A stretch of 64,000 bases of DNA from Mobula hypostoma (lineage: Eukaryota), in assembly GCF_963921235.1 (NCBI RefSeq), contig NC_086097.1, forward strand, positions 142,540,001 through 142,604,000. Direction: 5' to 3'. The position numbers and the translations under genes were made by a program. The notes beneath the pieces are model-generated. The model did no database searches. It was not told the DNA's origin and saw nothing but the letters and a program-made list of their open reading frames with translations. The first letter of the stretch is position 1, and every line of letters begins with the position of its first letter. Shown piece by piece: positions 12,781-26,194 of the stretch.

Positions 12781-13351
12781 ATAATCAAGTAGTTTCTTAC
12801 TGAGGTTGGAGTGACTTTGGTTCTGAAGTGTATCCACCAAGGTTTGAAGAGTTTCCCATTAGATCAGAACCAAGTTTACTATTGCTGCTGCATATGAAGT
12901 GAAATTTGATGTTTAGCAGCAGTCGTACAATGCAAAAACCTAAAATTACTATATAATTATTAAGAATTTTTGCTATAATTATTAGTTCAATGCCTGCAGG
13001 AAGTTTGTTGATGAGAAAGTTTGGAGGACGGTAACAGCAGACAAATTGTAATAAAATTATATGTACTTTAATGAGATAATGATGCAAATGAAGAATAATT
13101 ATTCCTCATAATAAGGAAGAATTCCTAAGCTTTTCTTCATTCTGTTGTTGTGGGATCATCTGTGCCATCTGAGAGGGCAAACAGAGTATTGGATTAATGT
13201 TTCATTCCAAGTCTTTGCTCAGTTCGGGTAATATAGTATATCACTTCTGGTGCAATATAATTGAGGTTCAAGCCAAAGGTAGAGAAAGATATTTTCTTTG
13301 TCCCTTTAGCTTTAATATGCACACTAGAGACAGGCTGGGGGATAGGACTTA

Positions 13352-13650
13352 AAGATCAAAGATTAGCTTTATTTGTCACATGTACTTTGAAATATTGAAA
13401 CAGCCAACACAATCCGAGGATTGGATTGGGACATAAGTGTCACCATGCATCTGGCGCCAGCAGGGCATACCCACAACTCACTAACCTTAATCCTGGACAT
13501 ATGCCTTTGCAATGTGTGAGGAAACCAGAACACCATGTGATCACAGGGAGAATGTACAAACTCCTTACAGACAGTGGAGGGAATCGAGCCCCAATCTGTG
13601 CTCTCTGGCACTGTAAAACATTGTACCTTGCACTCTTGCACGAGCTCAAC
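13352..13650 (-). mobile_element. V-SINE (HER1-like) remnant
   Basis: Reverse complement contains a B-box-like GGCTCGATTCC followed by GTAAGGAGTTTGTACATTCTCCCTGTG (V domain). Confidence 0.6.
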
Positions 13651-13684
13651 TAGCAACTGCTCCCTCTTTGGATTACCTTTAAAC

Positions 13685-14225
13685 ATGGAGAACAGGATTA
13701 TGTCATTCCACCTCTTGGGCCTGTTCTCCGACTCAAAATGATCATGGCTGATCTGATTGTAACCATAACTCTTGATTTCTGTCTACTCTGGTAACCTTTC
13801 ACCCCTTTACCTCTCAGCAATTCTACAGTATTCTGCTTTAGAACATTCAAAGGCTTTCCTCCTCTGCCCTTTGAGGAAAAGAATTCCAGGGACTCAGGTC
13901 CAAAGGGAAAATCTCATCATTGTCTAAAATGGGCATACCTTTACTTTTAAACATTGACCTTCAGTTCTAGATTATTCTAAATGAGGAAGTATCCTGCCCT
14001 CATCCACCCTGTCAAGCTTGCTCAAAATTCTATGCTCAGAAGTCCTTGCTCAATTTTTAAAATCCAGATGGATACCAGTCTAACCTGTCCTCATAGGTCA
14101 ACGCCCATTCCAGGCACTAGTCTAATAAGCCTTCTCTGAACTGTTTCCAATATAGTACCATTCTTCTATAAATAGGGAGATTGCTACTCTACAACATATT
14201 CCATTGTGGTCTCATAAATGCCCCA
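13685..14225 (-). mobile_element. Old CR1 3' fragment
   Basis: Decayed similarity to the other CR1 3' ends. Confidence 0.5.
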
Positions 14226-14348
14226 TTTAACTAAATACTATGGACACTTAACTATTGATTTAACCCCCACATTTCTGGATCTTCAGTTTTGTCTACTAGG
14301 GCTGACACCCTTTACTACTTTAGTTTTAATTTGTATTTTTCATTACAG

Positions 14349-14454
14349 GCTGGTGGGAATGACACAAGAACATGGGAGGATCGAATCAATCTCAGGAAAG
14401 CTGGATTTTGATAAGTTCCCACTTGGGAGTCTCATCTCACTCATCCCTTATCAT
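14349..14454 (+). CDS. DSD1: D-serine dehydratase coding exon (106 nt)
   Basis: Acceptor tttttcattacag|G and donor CAT|gtacgt. Encodes [35 protein letters not shown] (TQEHG motif and Zn-ligand His). Confidence 0.95.
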
Positions 14455-14859
14455 GTACGTATCCTGCTTTGCTATGATAAATTTCTTAGTTTGCTGGTGT
14501 GCAGACTTGTGTATGTGAAGCTAAGAATATCTTAGAGGTTCTTGCAGTAGTGGTTGCCTGTCGTGTCTGACAATGATGGGAAACCTGTGCGGGAAGGTTT
14601 TTAAAGTGCAAAAGCCATTGCACAGGGATGGTTCCACTCTCTCAACCTCAGAAGTCTGGATCCAGTGGTGTGAGCAAGCACCTCATACTGGGGTCTTCCT
14701 TGGTTGCAGTGGGTGACCATGACGTCTTCTGTGCTTTGGCATGCTCTTTGTGCTCCATGGACTATCCATGCACTGTCACCTTCCTGGCCATTGGATCTCA
14801 CCATAGATCTCATCCGCCCAATCCACTGGAGCTGGTTTCGCATGGTAGGACAGGCATGT

Positions 14860-15797
14860 CCCTGACGTTGGAGAGGGTACAGAGAAGATTCACTAGAATG
14901 ATTCCGAGAATGAGAGGGTTAACATATGAGGAACATTCGTCCGCTCTTGGACTGTATACTTTATACTTTATTGTCGCCAAACAATTGGTACTAGAACGTA
15001 CAATCATCACAGCAATATTTGGTTCTGCACTTCACACTCCCTGGATTACAAATATTAAATATTAAAGATATTAAAAATAGTTTAAATTAGTAAATATTTA
15101 AAATTTAAATTATAAATCATAAATAGAAAATAGAAAAATGGGAAGTAAGGTAGTGCAAAAAAAAACCGAGAGGCAGGTCTGGATATTTGGAGGGTACGGC
15201 CCAGATCCGGGTCAGGATCCATTCAGCAGTCTCATCACAGTTGGAAAGAAGCTGTTCCCAAATCTGGCCGTACGAGTCTTCAAGCTCCTGAACCTTCTCC
15301 CAGAGGGAAGAGGGACGAAAAGTCTGTTGGCTGGGTGGGTCGTGTCCTTGATTACCCTGGCAGCACTGCTCCGACAGTATTCCTTGGAGTTTAGAAGAAT
15401 GAGGGTAGACCTCATAGAAACATTTCGAATGTTGAAAGGCATGGACAGAGTGGATGTTGCAAAGTTGTTTCCCATGATGGGGGAGTCTAGTACGAGAGGG
15501 CATGACTTAAGGATTGAAGGGCGCCCATTTAGAACAGAGATGCGAAGAAATTTTTTTAGCCAGAGGGTGGTGAATCTATGGAATTTGTTGCCACAGGCGG
15601 CAGTGGAGGCCAAGTCATTGGGTGTATTTAAGGCAGAGATTGATAGGTATCTGAGTAGCCAGGACATCAAAGGTTATGGTGAGAAGGCCGGGGAGTAGGA
15701 CTAAATAGGAGAATGGATCAGCTCATGATAAAATGGCGGAGCAGACTCGATGGGCCAAATGGCCAACTTCTGTTCCTTTGTCTTATGGTTTTATGGT
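14860..15797 (+). mobile_element. CR1 3' fragment interrupted by a Rex 3' fragment (minus strand, ~14956-15376)
   Basis: LERVQRRFTRMIP..ALGLY resumes as SLEFRRMRVDLIETF. The insert encodes THPANRLFVPLPSGRRFRSLKTRT on the minus strand and has a (TATACTT)n tail. Confidence 0.85.
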
Positions 15798-16325
15798 CCC
15801 TATCTCAGCGGAGTATGAAGCCACTGGCTACCCCCGCCCTCGCCTGTTGAAGCAGTGAACCGGGGCATGGCCACTGTCACATGCAAACAGCTGTGTGGAG
15901 CCGCTGGTGAGAGCTGAGTGTCTGGTAGGGATCGAAGATCAGTGAGTTGCCCCAGAATGGACACGCGAAACCCCTACCCCTCCATGGACACTCGATACAT
16001 CTCGGTTCTTACAGTAGTACACACTTAGAACCTGCATCAACTATATAGACACAAACTATAGTGAAATTTAAAAGTATAAAAGCAATGTGTTACAATTTCA
16101 GTCCAAACAACCCAGAGTGAAAATATTTCCCCTACATAATTTCTGACTAACTCAATGAAACAGGTAGAAGCACAAAGGCAGAGAAGGTCACAGACACTAT
16201 AATATGGAGCTATGGCTATGGGTAACCCTAGGTAATTTCTAAGGTAAGGACATGTTTGGCACAGCTCTGTGGGCCGGAGGGCCTGTATTGTGCTGTAGGT
16301 TTTCTATGTTTGTATGCTTCTATGG

Positions 16326-16498
16326 AGCAACACACAAAGCACTGGAGGAATCTAGTCAGAGTTTCAGGTTAAGACCGTTCATCTGGACTTCATATGAATA
16401 GTCCAGTTGAAGGGTCTTGACCCAAGATGTTAACTATCCACTTCCCTCCACAGATGCTGCCTGACCTGCTGCATTCCTCCAAAATCTTTGTGTGTTTC
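16326..16498. mobile_element. Old Penelope-derived palindromic mini-element
   Basis: aagaccgttcatctggact / agtccagttgaagggtctt inverted pair; outer caacacacaaag / ctttgtgtgttt inverted ends. Confidence 0.65.
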
Positions 16499-17097
16499 TG
16501 GGGGTTGAAGTACAAGGCCTTGGAGAGAATTTAGGTTCTTCATAGCTTAAACTGGTCGAGTTGCTTCTGCTACACAAAGAACAAACCTAGTACTTCATTC
16601 TTACCTTAAAGTAAGAGTGAGCAACACTTCTACAAAGTAATGTTGGTGAGGGGAGGGCATAGTTTCAATCTAGCCTGCCCAGTGGGAGTCTGGAGGGCTC
16701 TGATCAGTTACACCTTTAAAATTCCAAACAAGTTGACTTTCTATCAACCTTAATAGAAAGAAAACCAGGTGAGGAGTAGAGCAACAATTGGATCAGTATG
16801 GTTTGAATGTTTAAAGGGAATCTTCTTGATTGTTGGGAAACAAGCAGGGAACATTTAAGATGGCACAGCCCATTTCTTGCCAGTCCTCACTATCTCTGCC
16901 TAAGTTCCAGCTATGCACTCGTCATAAACGGATGGGAGAATAAGTGGCGATGATTAAGTGTTGACTGCTAAACAGATGATATGGTCATCCTTAGAAACCA
17001 GAGAAAATATTAACTGATCCAATTGACCTGTTGTCCAGATCCTGTCCTAATTATATTGCTGTCAGTACTCACTGTAGCAACAAGCAATATGCTAGAG

Positions 17098-17177
17098 CAG
17101 GGGTTCCCAACCTTTTTTATGCCATGGACTCCTACCATTAACTGAGGGGTCTGTGAATCCCAGGTTGGGAACCCCTA
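17098..17177. mobile_element. 80 bp hAT (Charlie-like) MITE
   Basis: TIRs CAGGGGTTCCCAACC / GGTTGGGAACCCCTA. 8 bp TSD TGCTAGAG / TGCTAGAA. Confidence 0.85.
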
Positions 17178-17701
17178 TGCTAGAAGAATTCCGTGGGTTG
17201 AGCAGCATTTCTGGGGGACAGGGATGTGGGTGGGGAAGGGGAGGAAATGTTGCCATTCCAGGTCAGAGCCCTGCATCAGGACTGTTGTTACCCCAGATTC
17301 CAGTTTCCACTGTCCCTTGTGTCTCATCACTGGTTGAAGTGCTCTTTGAATGCGGATCTGGAAATATCCAATAGGACATTGACTCAGTACTGAGCCATTA
17401 GAAACAGATAGCCCTTCCATCTTCTCTTAATTGGCTGATTGTGGTTGAGGAGGTAGTGTGATTAGACATAGCTAATCCTGACTCAGGAGAGGAAATGTGA
17501 GCATCTTGTCAAACTTTCATGTTAAGTTTGTATGCATTTGAAGGTATCTTTGTTGCTAACAGTGTGTGCAAGTCTGCAACTGAGTCAAGATTTTAAGCAG
17601 TCATGCCTGATACAGTAGAGCCAATACATCAGTGTATACATACATGCAGTACAAGTTATGTAAAGTGGAACAATTACTTCTGGATGATGTAATATCGCAG
17701 C

Positions 17702-19268
17702 ATGGAGTTGTTAAAATACATTAGGACAGGTAAGTCCCCGGGGCCTGACGGAATATTCCCCAGGCTGCTCCACGAGGCGAGAGAAGAGATTGCTGAGCCT
17801 CTGGCTAGGATCTTTATGTCCTCGTTGTCCACGGAAATGGTACCGGAGGATTGGAGGGAGGCGAATGTTGTTCCCTTGTTCAAAAAAGGTAGTAGGGATA
17901 GTCCGGGTAATTATAGACCAGTGAGCCTTACGTCTGTGGTGGAAAAGCTGTTGGAAAAGATTCTTAGAGATAGGATCTATAGGCATTTAGAGAATCATGG
18001 TCTGATCAGGGACAGTCAGCATGGCTTTGTGAAGGGCAGATCGTGTCTAACAAGCCTGATAGAGTTCTTTGAGGAGGTGACCAGGCATATAGATGAGGGT
18101 AGTGCAGTGGATGTGATCGATATGGATTTTAGTGAGGCATTTGACAAGGGTCCACACGGTAGGCTTATTCAGAAAGTTAGAAGGCATGGGATCCAGGGAA
18201 GTTTGGCCAGGTGGATTCAGAATTGGCTTGCCTGCAGAAGGCAGAGGGTGGTGGTGGAGGGAGTACATTCAGAGTGGAGGATTTTGACAAGTGGTGTCCC
18301 ACAAGGATCTGTTCTGGGACCTCTACTTTTCGTGATTTTTATTACCCACCTGGATGTGGGGGTAGAAGGGTGGGTTGGCAAGTTTGCAGATGACACAAAG
18401 GTTGGTGGTGTTGTAGATAGTGTAGAGGATTGTCAAAGATTGCAGAGAGACATTGATAGGATGCAGAAGTGGGCTGAGAAGTGGCAGATGGAGTTCAACC
18501 TGGAGAAGTGTGAGGTGGTACATTTTGGAAGGACAAACTCCAAGGCAGAGTACAAAGTAAATGGCAGGATACTTGGTAGTGTGGAGGAGCAGAGGGATCT
18601 CGGGGTACACGTCCACAGATCCCTGAAAGTTGCCTCACAGGTGGATAGGGTAGTTAAGAAAGCTTATGGGGTGTTAGCTTTCATAAGTCGAGGGATAGAG
18701 TTTAAGAGTTGCGATGTAATGATGCAGCTCTATAAAACTCTGGTTAGGCCACACTCGGAGTACTGTGTCCAGTTCTGGTCGCCTCACTATAGGAAGGATG
18801 TGGAAGCATTGGAAAGGGTACAGAGGAGATTTACCAGGATGCTGCCTGGTTTAGAAAGTATGCATTATGATCAGAGATTAAGGGAGCTAGGGCTTTACTC
18901 TTTGGAGAGAAGGAGGATGAGAGGAGACATGATAGAGGTGTACAAGATAATAAGAGGAATAGATAGAGTGGATAGCCAGTGCCTCTTCCCCAGGGCACCA
19001 CTGCTCAATACAAGAGGACATGGCTTTAAGGTAAGGGGTGGGAAGTTCAAGGGGGATATTAGAGGAAGGTTTTTTACTCAGAGAGTGGTTGGTGCGTGGA
19101 ATGCACTGCCTGAGTCAGTGGTGGAGGCAGATACACTAGTGAAGTTTAAAAGACTACTAGACAGGTATATGGAGGAATCTAAGGTGGGGGCTTATATGGG
19201 AGGCAGGGTTTGAGGGTCGGCACAACATTGTGGGCCGAAGAGCCAGTACTGTGCTGTACTATTCTATT
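17702..19268 (+). mobile_element. Young 5'-truncated CR1 LINE with uninterrupted 503 aa RT frame
   Basis: KSPGPDG, NYRPVSLTS, GVPQGSVLGP, KFADDTK, YCVQFWSP. 3' UTR and tail to ~19268. No endonuclease domain. Confidence 0.95.
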
Positions 19269-19964
19269 ACCCCATGAAGTCATAGTCACAGAGGTATAAC
19301 ATAGAAACAGGTCCAAACTTCAACATGTCAGTTTATACAGACATGCAGTAAAATGGAATAATTACTTCTGGGTAATATAATATCTGGGCAGTTCCTTGTG
19401 GAGTTATAGTCATAGAGAGATATTGTATAGAAACAGGCCATTCAGCCCACTGAGTCCATGCTAACCACCAATCTACACTAAAACATTTTTATTCTCTTCA
19501 ATTATTCCTGTACTTGTGCTGTGGACGCTACATAGGGAATAATAGTGTACAATTCATTACTGACTTGTATTGTACAGTTTCAACCAATACAACTGTAAGT
19601 CTCCATAGATAAATATCTTGTCATTAACTCCTTTCTGTTACACTTCCCACATACTCTGCAACATTTTAGCCACCTTGGGTTAAAAAGTTATTGTTCCAGG
19701 GCTTCTCCTAGGAAGACCAGTCTCAGGTGACATTCAGTTTTCATTATCAATTACCTTGAATTTTTCCAATTAAGTTGTGGTAATTGATTGACCATTCCTA
19801 TAAGTAGACCGTGTGAGGAATGATCAAGTCTTTGGTCACTAATAGATATCCTCTCTCACAAAGACACATCACACATCAAAATAAGAGAGGAAAGAGCTTG
19901 ATGAATGTGTCTCTCACTCCTCTTTATTGAATTCTTTAGTGTTGACATGCTTTCTCTCTTGAGA

Positions 19965-20021
19965 AAGATTCTTTCTAATATAATAGGAGATTCTTTAAAG
20001 ATTCTTTCTAATATAATAGGA
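19965..20021. repeat. Short direct duplication (~26 bp)
   Basis: AAGATTCTTTCTAATATAATAGGAGA occurs twice with a short spacer. Confidence 0.8.
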
Positions 20022-20819
20022 GAAACAAATTACAGATTTTTTTCCCCCCGATTTTGGCGGCCTCTGACAGCAGATTTCATTTCATTTTCAACCTGTGATT
20101 GAAAGCTGCAGGAAGCAGTAGAGTTGTCTAAGCACCAGACATTCATGGACAATGTGTGACCCACCACCTTTAGTTTTATTCATGAATGATGCATTATCAA
20201 CTCCCCTGTTTAGATCACATCAAGATACTGCATTCAGATTTCAGAGTAAGTGTTTATTTTGGAAGGTGATGAAATGCAGATTTATCAAAATTATAACCAG
20301 ACCAAAATGCATTAAAGCATGAAGACAGTATGGTAAATCATGATTTGGGTTCCCTTGTGAGTTATCTGATGAATGAAGGATTAATGGAGTGTACAGCTAA
20401 AACTATTTCCTTCGAAGGGGCATCCAGAAAAAAGGGCGCAATATAAACTTAGTGAGATGGGCGTTTTGGGAGTGAAAGTCAGGAAACATTTTAAGCAAAA
20501 GTTAGCTATGATCCTTTCCCACTCTTTTGAGCTGCAGGGTAACCTCCTCCTGAATTGTTCTAATCACAATACATTCATTCCCATGTACGGGTGCAGTGAT
20601 ATCATACGCCAAAGCCCAGAGTTTGAGCTCCTCCAGCTGACAACAATTCCCGCATTTGTTGATGTTCAGGACATGGAAATGATTTGGAGTTCCCACATGG
20701 CACAGGATATGCATTCCAGAGGAGTGAGCTGCCCTGCTATGCCTCAATATATTAATTTAACCCAATAACAGAAAGAATGTTCTTAAAGCAGTAATGTACT
20801 ATTGTTATCTACCATCTCC

Positions 20820-21040
20820 CAAGAAGACTGTATCGATCATTAAGGATCATCACCATCTGGCACATGCCCTCTTCTTGTTACTACCATCAGGGAAGAGGTA
20901 CAGGAGTCTGAACATCCATACTCAATGGCTTAGGAACAGTTTTTCCTCCATCCAGCATCTGACTTCTGAATGGTCCCTAAACCCATGAACACTACCTTGT
21001 TTTCAAACTTCACGTCTTATGTCGGTGATAATTCTGATTC
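20820..21040 (+). mobile_element. Rex-Babar 3' remnant
   Basis: SIIKDHHHLAHALFLLLPSGKRYRSL. Confidence 0.65.
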
Positions 21041-21884
21041 TGCTGTTAGATTACTTGCTGTCTTACTCATCCTGAGGGGACTTATAGAATTCCCAGATTT
21101 TTTGCTTAAACCAAATGCTCCTTTAAACTTACTTGGCCTTTGCTTCTCACACATCTTTTGAAGTTATCCCTAGTGTATATGAAATAGAAGCAGGAATAAT
21201 CTACTCTATTATGTTTTGTAACTTCAGAAGTTAATTGAAAGAAAACCACAGGAGCCAAGGTACTGGTCTACTTAGTTTTTCTTTTGATTCATTTCTGGAG
21301 TTAAAAAACATAACAGAGGTGATGAGGAAGTTTTGAAATAAACCCAAGACTGCTACCTACCAGTTGAAGCACAGCATGTTTTCCTTCAGAAGGGGAGAGC
21401 AATGTTCAGGTTTTGAAAAAAGGCAGAAGACCAAAAGACGAATGAAATTAGCAAGCAACAAGTACAGGCATGGGTTCATAAACAGTGTATACCGGAACAT
21501 AATAAATAAATCAATCAAAAGCAGACATGGCTGGCTGCATAGGAAAAATAGACATGTTTGATTGCACAAGAGATAACTGGATGATGTATACTGCATGAAT
21601 TGAGCAATATTTTGAAGCAAATGAAATAGCTGATAAAAACTGCAGTGCAGCTGAGTGCCATGGGTGGAAAGGCATACAGTTTGCTTAGAAGTTTAAGTAC
21701 TCTAACCAAACCCTGAAGAAATGGGCTTTGCTGATATCGTGAATGTAATGCGGGAACATTTGGAATCAAAACCATTGTTGACTGCAGAACACTTAGGTTT
21801 CATAAGTGGAATCTAAAAGAAGGGGAGTCTATTTCACCTTATGTGGCTGAATAGAAGTAATTCTTTAGTCATTGTCAGCACATT

Positions 21885-22712
21885 CGCAACACGCTGGAGG
21901 AACTCAGCAGGTCGGGCAGCATCCGTGGAAACGATCAGTCAATGTTTCGGGCCAGAACCCTTCATCAGGACTGAAGAGGGAAGGGGCAGAGGCCCTATAA
22001 AGAAGGTGGGGGGAGGGTGGGAAGGAGAAGGCTGGTAGGTTCCAGGTGAAAAACCAGTAAGGAGAAAGATAAAGGTGTGGGGGAGGGGAAGCAGGGAGGG
22101 GATAGGCAGGAAAGGTGAAGAAGGAATAGGGGAAGGCACAATGTGTATTAGGAGGTGGAACCATGAGGGAGGTGATAGGCAGCTGGGGGAGGGGGCAGAG
22201 TGAAATAGGGATAGAGGAAGGGAGAGGGAGGGAATTACTGGAAGTTGGATAATTCAATGTTTATACCAAGGGGCTGGAGACTAACTAGTCGGTATATGAG
22301 GTGTTGCTCCTCCAACCTGAGTTTAGCCTCATCGTGGCAGTTGAGGATCTCTGCCCCCTCCCCCAGCTGCCTATCACCTCAGTCATGGTTCAGCCTCCTT
22401 CTACTACCCATTGTGTTTTCCCCTATTCCTTCTTCACCTTTCCTGCCTATCACCTCCCTGCTTCCCCTCCCTCACCCCTTTATCTTTCCCCTTACTGGTT
22501 TTTCACCTGGAACCTACCAGCCTTCTCCTTCCCACCCTCCCCCCACCTTCTTTATAGGGCCTCTGCCTCTTCCCCCTTCAGTTCTGATGAAGGGTTCCGG
22601 CCCGAAACGTTGACTGATCATTTCCATGGATGCTTCCCGACCTGCTGAGTTCCTCCAGCGTGTTGTGAGTGTTGCTTTGACCCCAGCATCTACAGATTAT
22701 TTTGTGTTTACG
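21885..22712. mobile_element. Penelope-like palindromic insertion (828 bp) in Gypsy gag
   Basis: 14 bp TSD ATTGTCAGCACATT (21871-21884, 22713-22726). ~315 bp inverted arms; spacer holds the GIY-YIG C-terminus on the minus strand. Confidence 0.9.
22578..22617 (+). ncRNA. Minimal type I hammerhead ribozyme motif (PLE subfamily B)
   Basis: UCAGUU-CUGAUGA-A-GGG(UUCCGG)CCC-GAAA-CG-UU-GACUGA. A mirror copy lies on the minus strand at ~21936-21973. Confidence 0.7.
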
Positions 22713-22939
22713 ATTGTCAGCACATTGGTAGGCTTAATAATGCACTGAGAGATTGTTTAGTTTGTGGAATCTTACAAGAAAGCATCATAAGTGGCTCCTA
22801 ACTAAAGCAAAAGAGCAGTTGAAATTACTGTATCAATGGAAACAGCAGCCAGAGACAGCAATTGAGCTGCAGTCAGGAATGAAAGTAAAAGATGAACAAA
22901 ATTGCAACCTAAACAGAAACTTGCCTGGCCAAGCAAATT

Positions 22940-23512
22940 AGAATCGTAGAATCAAAGAAAAGTACAGCACAGTAGCAGGCCCTTTGGCCCATTTATTCCA
23001 TGTCGAACTATTTAAACCGCCTACTGCCATCGACCTGCCCTTCATAGCACTTCATATCCATGTACCTATCCAAACTTCTCTTAAATGTAGAAATTGAGTT
23101 CACATGCACCACTTGTGCTGGCAGCTCATTCCACAACCTAACAACCATCTGAGTGAAGAAGTTTCTCCTCATGTTCCCCTTAAACTCTTCACCTGTCACC
23201 CTTAACCCATGACCTCTATTATAGTCCCACTCAACCTCAGTGGAAAAAGCCTGCTTGCATTTACCCGATTTATACCCCTCATAATTTTGTATACCTCTAT
23301 CAAATCTCCTGTCAGTCTTCTAGGTTCCAAGGAATAAAATCCTAACCTATTCAATCTTTCCGTATAACTAACACCCTCCAGTCCAGGCAACATCCTTGTA
23401 AACTTTCTCTGTACTCTTTCAACGTTATCTACATCTTTCCTGTAGGTAGGTGACCAAACTGCACACCAAATTAGGCCTCACCAATGTCATATACAACTTC
23501 AACATAACATTC
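22940..23512 (-). mobile_element. CR1 3' fragment nested in Gypsy
   Basis: ORFs 23202-23393 and 23008-23199 match the CR1 ORF2 C-terminus. Confidence 0.85.
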
Positions 23513-25424
23513 CAGTTGTGTTACCATTGTGGCGGGGCTCACATACACCAGATCAATGCAGGTTTAAGGGCGAAACATGGAAAATGCAGTGAAGTAGTTC
23601 ATATACAAAGAGCATGTTGGGCAAACTAAAATAAATGGATTGCACAGGGAAGGGAACAGGATTTTTAAAAATCAAGTTACTGTTTCAAAATGAGCACTAA
23701 TCTGCATGCGGTTGATGAAAAATCTGATAATGATGACAGTGACACAGGACTGCATAGCTTTGAGATTTTCAATGTGGAAACTAACAAGAGACAAGCAATA
23801 TGGCTCACACCAGAAGTGAACGGCAAATTAATTAAAAGGGAAATAGACACTGATTCGGCTGTGTCAGTCATTCCACAAAATGAGTCTGAACAGCACTTCA
23901 AAGGTACTGAACTGAAGCCTAAAAAATACCCAACTAAGAACATATACTGGAGAAAAGAGAACTCCTGTGGGACTGACATTCATAACAGTGAAAGACAAAA
24001 ACCAGCAAGCCACATTGGGTGTGTATGTGGTAAAAACAGGAGGGCCAGCATTGTGGGGATGTGATTGGCTGAGACAACTACAGCCTGACTGGAGATCCAT
24101 CCACCATTTGTATGCCACATCCCCTGCAACAGAATCACCTGAAAGTGAATTAAGAACGGTACTGGATGATGCCACAGCAGTGTTCGAGGATGGCATTGGA
24201 AAGCTCAAACATATTAAGGGTAAAATAGTGCTACATAAAAATGCCACACCCATGTTTTACAAAGCCAGCTCAGTTTCTTATACCATCCATGATAAAGTAG
24301 CCAGTGAGCTACATTGCATGGAGGCAGAAGGAATTCTTTCCAAGGTTGAGAGGAGCCCAAGGGAACATCAGTGGTCCCAGTAGCAAAAAAAGATGGGTCT
24401 GTCAGGATCTGTGGTGTTTTTAAAGTCACCATCAAACCAGTATTGAAAGTAGGTCAAAGCCCTCTACCCAGGATCAAGGATATCTTTGCAAACCTTTCTG
24501 GAGAGAAACACTTCAGCAAAGTGAACATAGCTGAGGCCAACCTGTAGATGGAGATGAAAGAAGAGTCCAAAGTTTTTTTCACCATAAACACTCACAAAGG
24601 GCTTTATTGCTATAATAGGTTAATTGTTGGAGTGACGCCTGCACTCGCATTCTGGCAGAAAGCTATGGACCAGAAGCTGCAAGGCTGCCCAGGCCCTGTG
24701 TTACATGGATGATATCATTGTTAACAGTGTGGATGACAAGAAACATTTCCAAAATCTCAGGACAGAAGATTAGAAGATTATGACATAACAGATGTTAATT
24801 TGTTAAATCAAGCATCACTTACTGTGGTCACATCATTGATGCACAAGACTTACACAAGTGTACTGAGAAAATTCAAGCAATAGTGGATGCACCAAGGCCA
24901 AAGGATGTGTCATAGTTGCAGTCCTTTTTAGGTTTTGTCAACTAATATAACAGGTTCCTGCCAAACCTGTCTACTGTGCTCCACCTCTTGAACTCATTAC
25001 TACAGATCACTAAGAATGGCAATGGACAAAGCAGCGTCCACCATCAACTCTGCTCTTAAATGCATCTCCCCCATTTCACGCACATCTGCTCTCACTCCAT
25101 CCTCCCGCCACCCCACTAGGAATAGGGTTCCCCTTGTCCCTACCTACCACCCCACCAGCCTCCGGGTCCAACATGTAATTCTCCGTAACTTCCGCCACCT
25201 CCAGCGGGATCCCACCAGTAAGCACAACTTTCCCTCCCCCCCGCTCTCTGCTTTCCACAGGGATCGCTCCCTACGCGACTCCCTTGTCCATTCATCTCCC
25301 CCATCCCTCCTGGTACTTATCCGTGTATGCGGAACAAGTGCTACACATGCCCTTACACTTCCTCCTTTACCACCATTCAGGGCCCCAGACAGTCCTATCA
25401 GGTGAGGCAACACTTCACCTGTGA

Positions 25425-26194
25425 ACAACAGGAATTCTGCAGATGCTGGAAATTCAAGCAACACACATCAAAGTTGCTGGTGAACGCAGCAGGCCAGGCA
25501 GCATCTATAGGAAGAGGTGCAGTCGACGTTTCAGGCCGAGACCCTTCGTCAGGACTAACTGAAGGAAGAGTGAGTAAGGGATTTGAAAGCTGGAGGGGGA
25601 GGGGGAGATGCAAAATGATAGGAGAAGACAGGAGGGGGAGGGATAGAGCCGAGAGCTGGACAGGTGATAGGCAAAGGGGGTACGAGAGGATCATGGGACA
25701 GGAGGCCTAGGGAGAAAGACGGGGGGGGGGGTGACCCAGAGGATGGGCAAGAGGTATATTCAGAGGGACAGAGGGAGAAAAAGGAGAGTGAGAGAAAGAA
25801 TGTGTGCATAAAAATGAGTAACAGCTGGGGTACGAGGGGGAGGTGGGGCCTAGCGGAAGTTAGAGAAGTCAATGTTCATGCCATCAGGTTGGAGGCTACC
25901 CAGACGGAATATAAGGTGTTGTTCCTCCAACCTGAGTGTGGCTTCATCTTTACAGTAGAGGGGGCCGTGGATAGACATGTCAGAATGGGAATGGGATGTG
26001 CAATTAAAATGTGTGGCCACTGGGAGATCCTGCTTTCTCTGGCGGACAGAGCGTAGATGTTCAGCAAAGCGGTCTCCCAGTCTGCGTCGGGTCTCACCAA
26101 TATATAAAAGGCCACATCGGGAGCACCGGACGCAGTATATCACCCCAGTCGACTCACAGGTGAAGTGATGCCTCACCTGGAAGGACTGTTTGGG
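25425..26194 (-). mobile_element. Second Penelope copy inserted antisense into the first
   Basis: 13 bp TSD ACTTCACCTGTGA (25412-25424, 26195-26207). GIY-YIG ORF 25850-26176. Confidence 0.88.
25521..25556 (-). ncRNA. Minimal type I hammerhead ribozyme motif, intact core
   Basis: Minus strand AGUC-CUGACGA-AGG(GUCUCGG)CCU-GAAA-CG-UC-GACU. Confidence 0.8.

Noticed and set aside
15138..15698. 186 aa and 152 aa overlapping ORFs as novel genes
   Set aside because: Chimeric frames crossing a Rex/CR1 junction.
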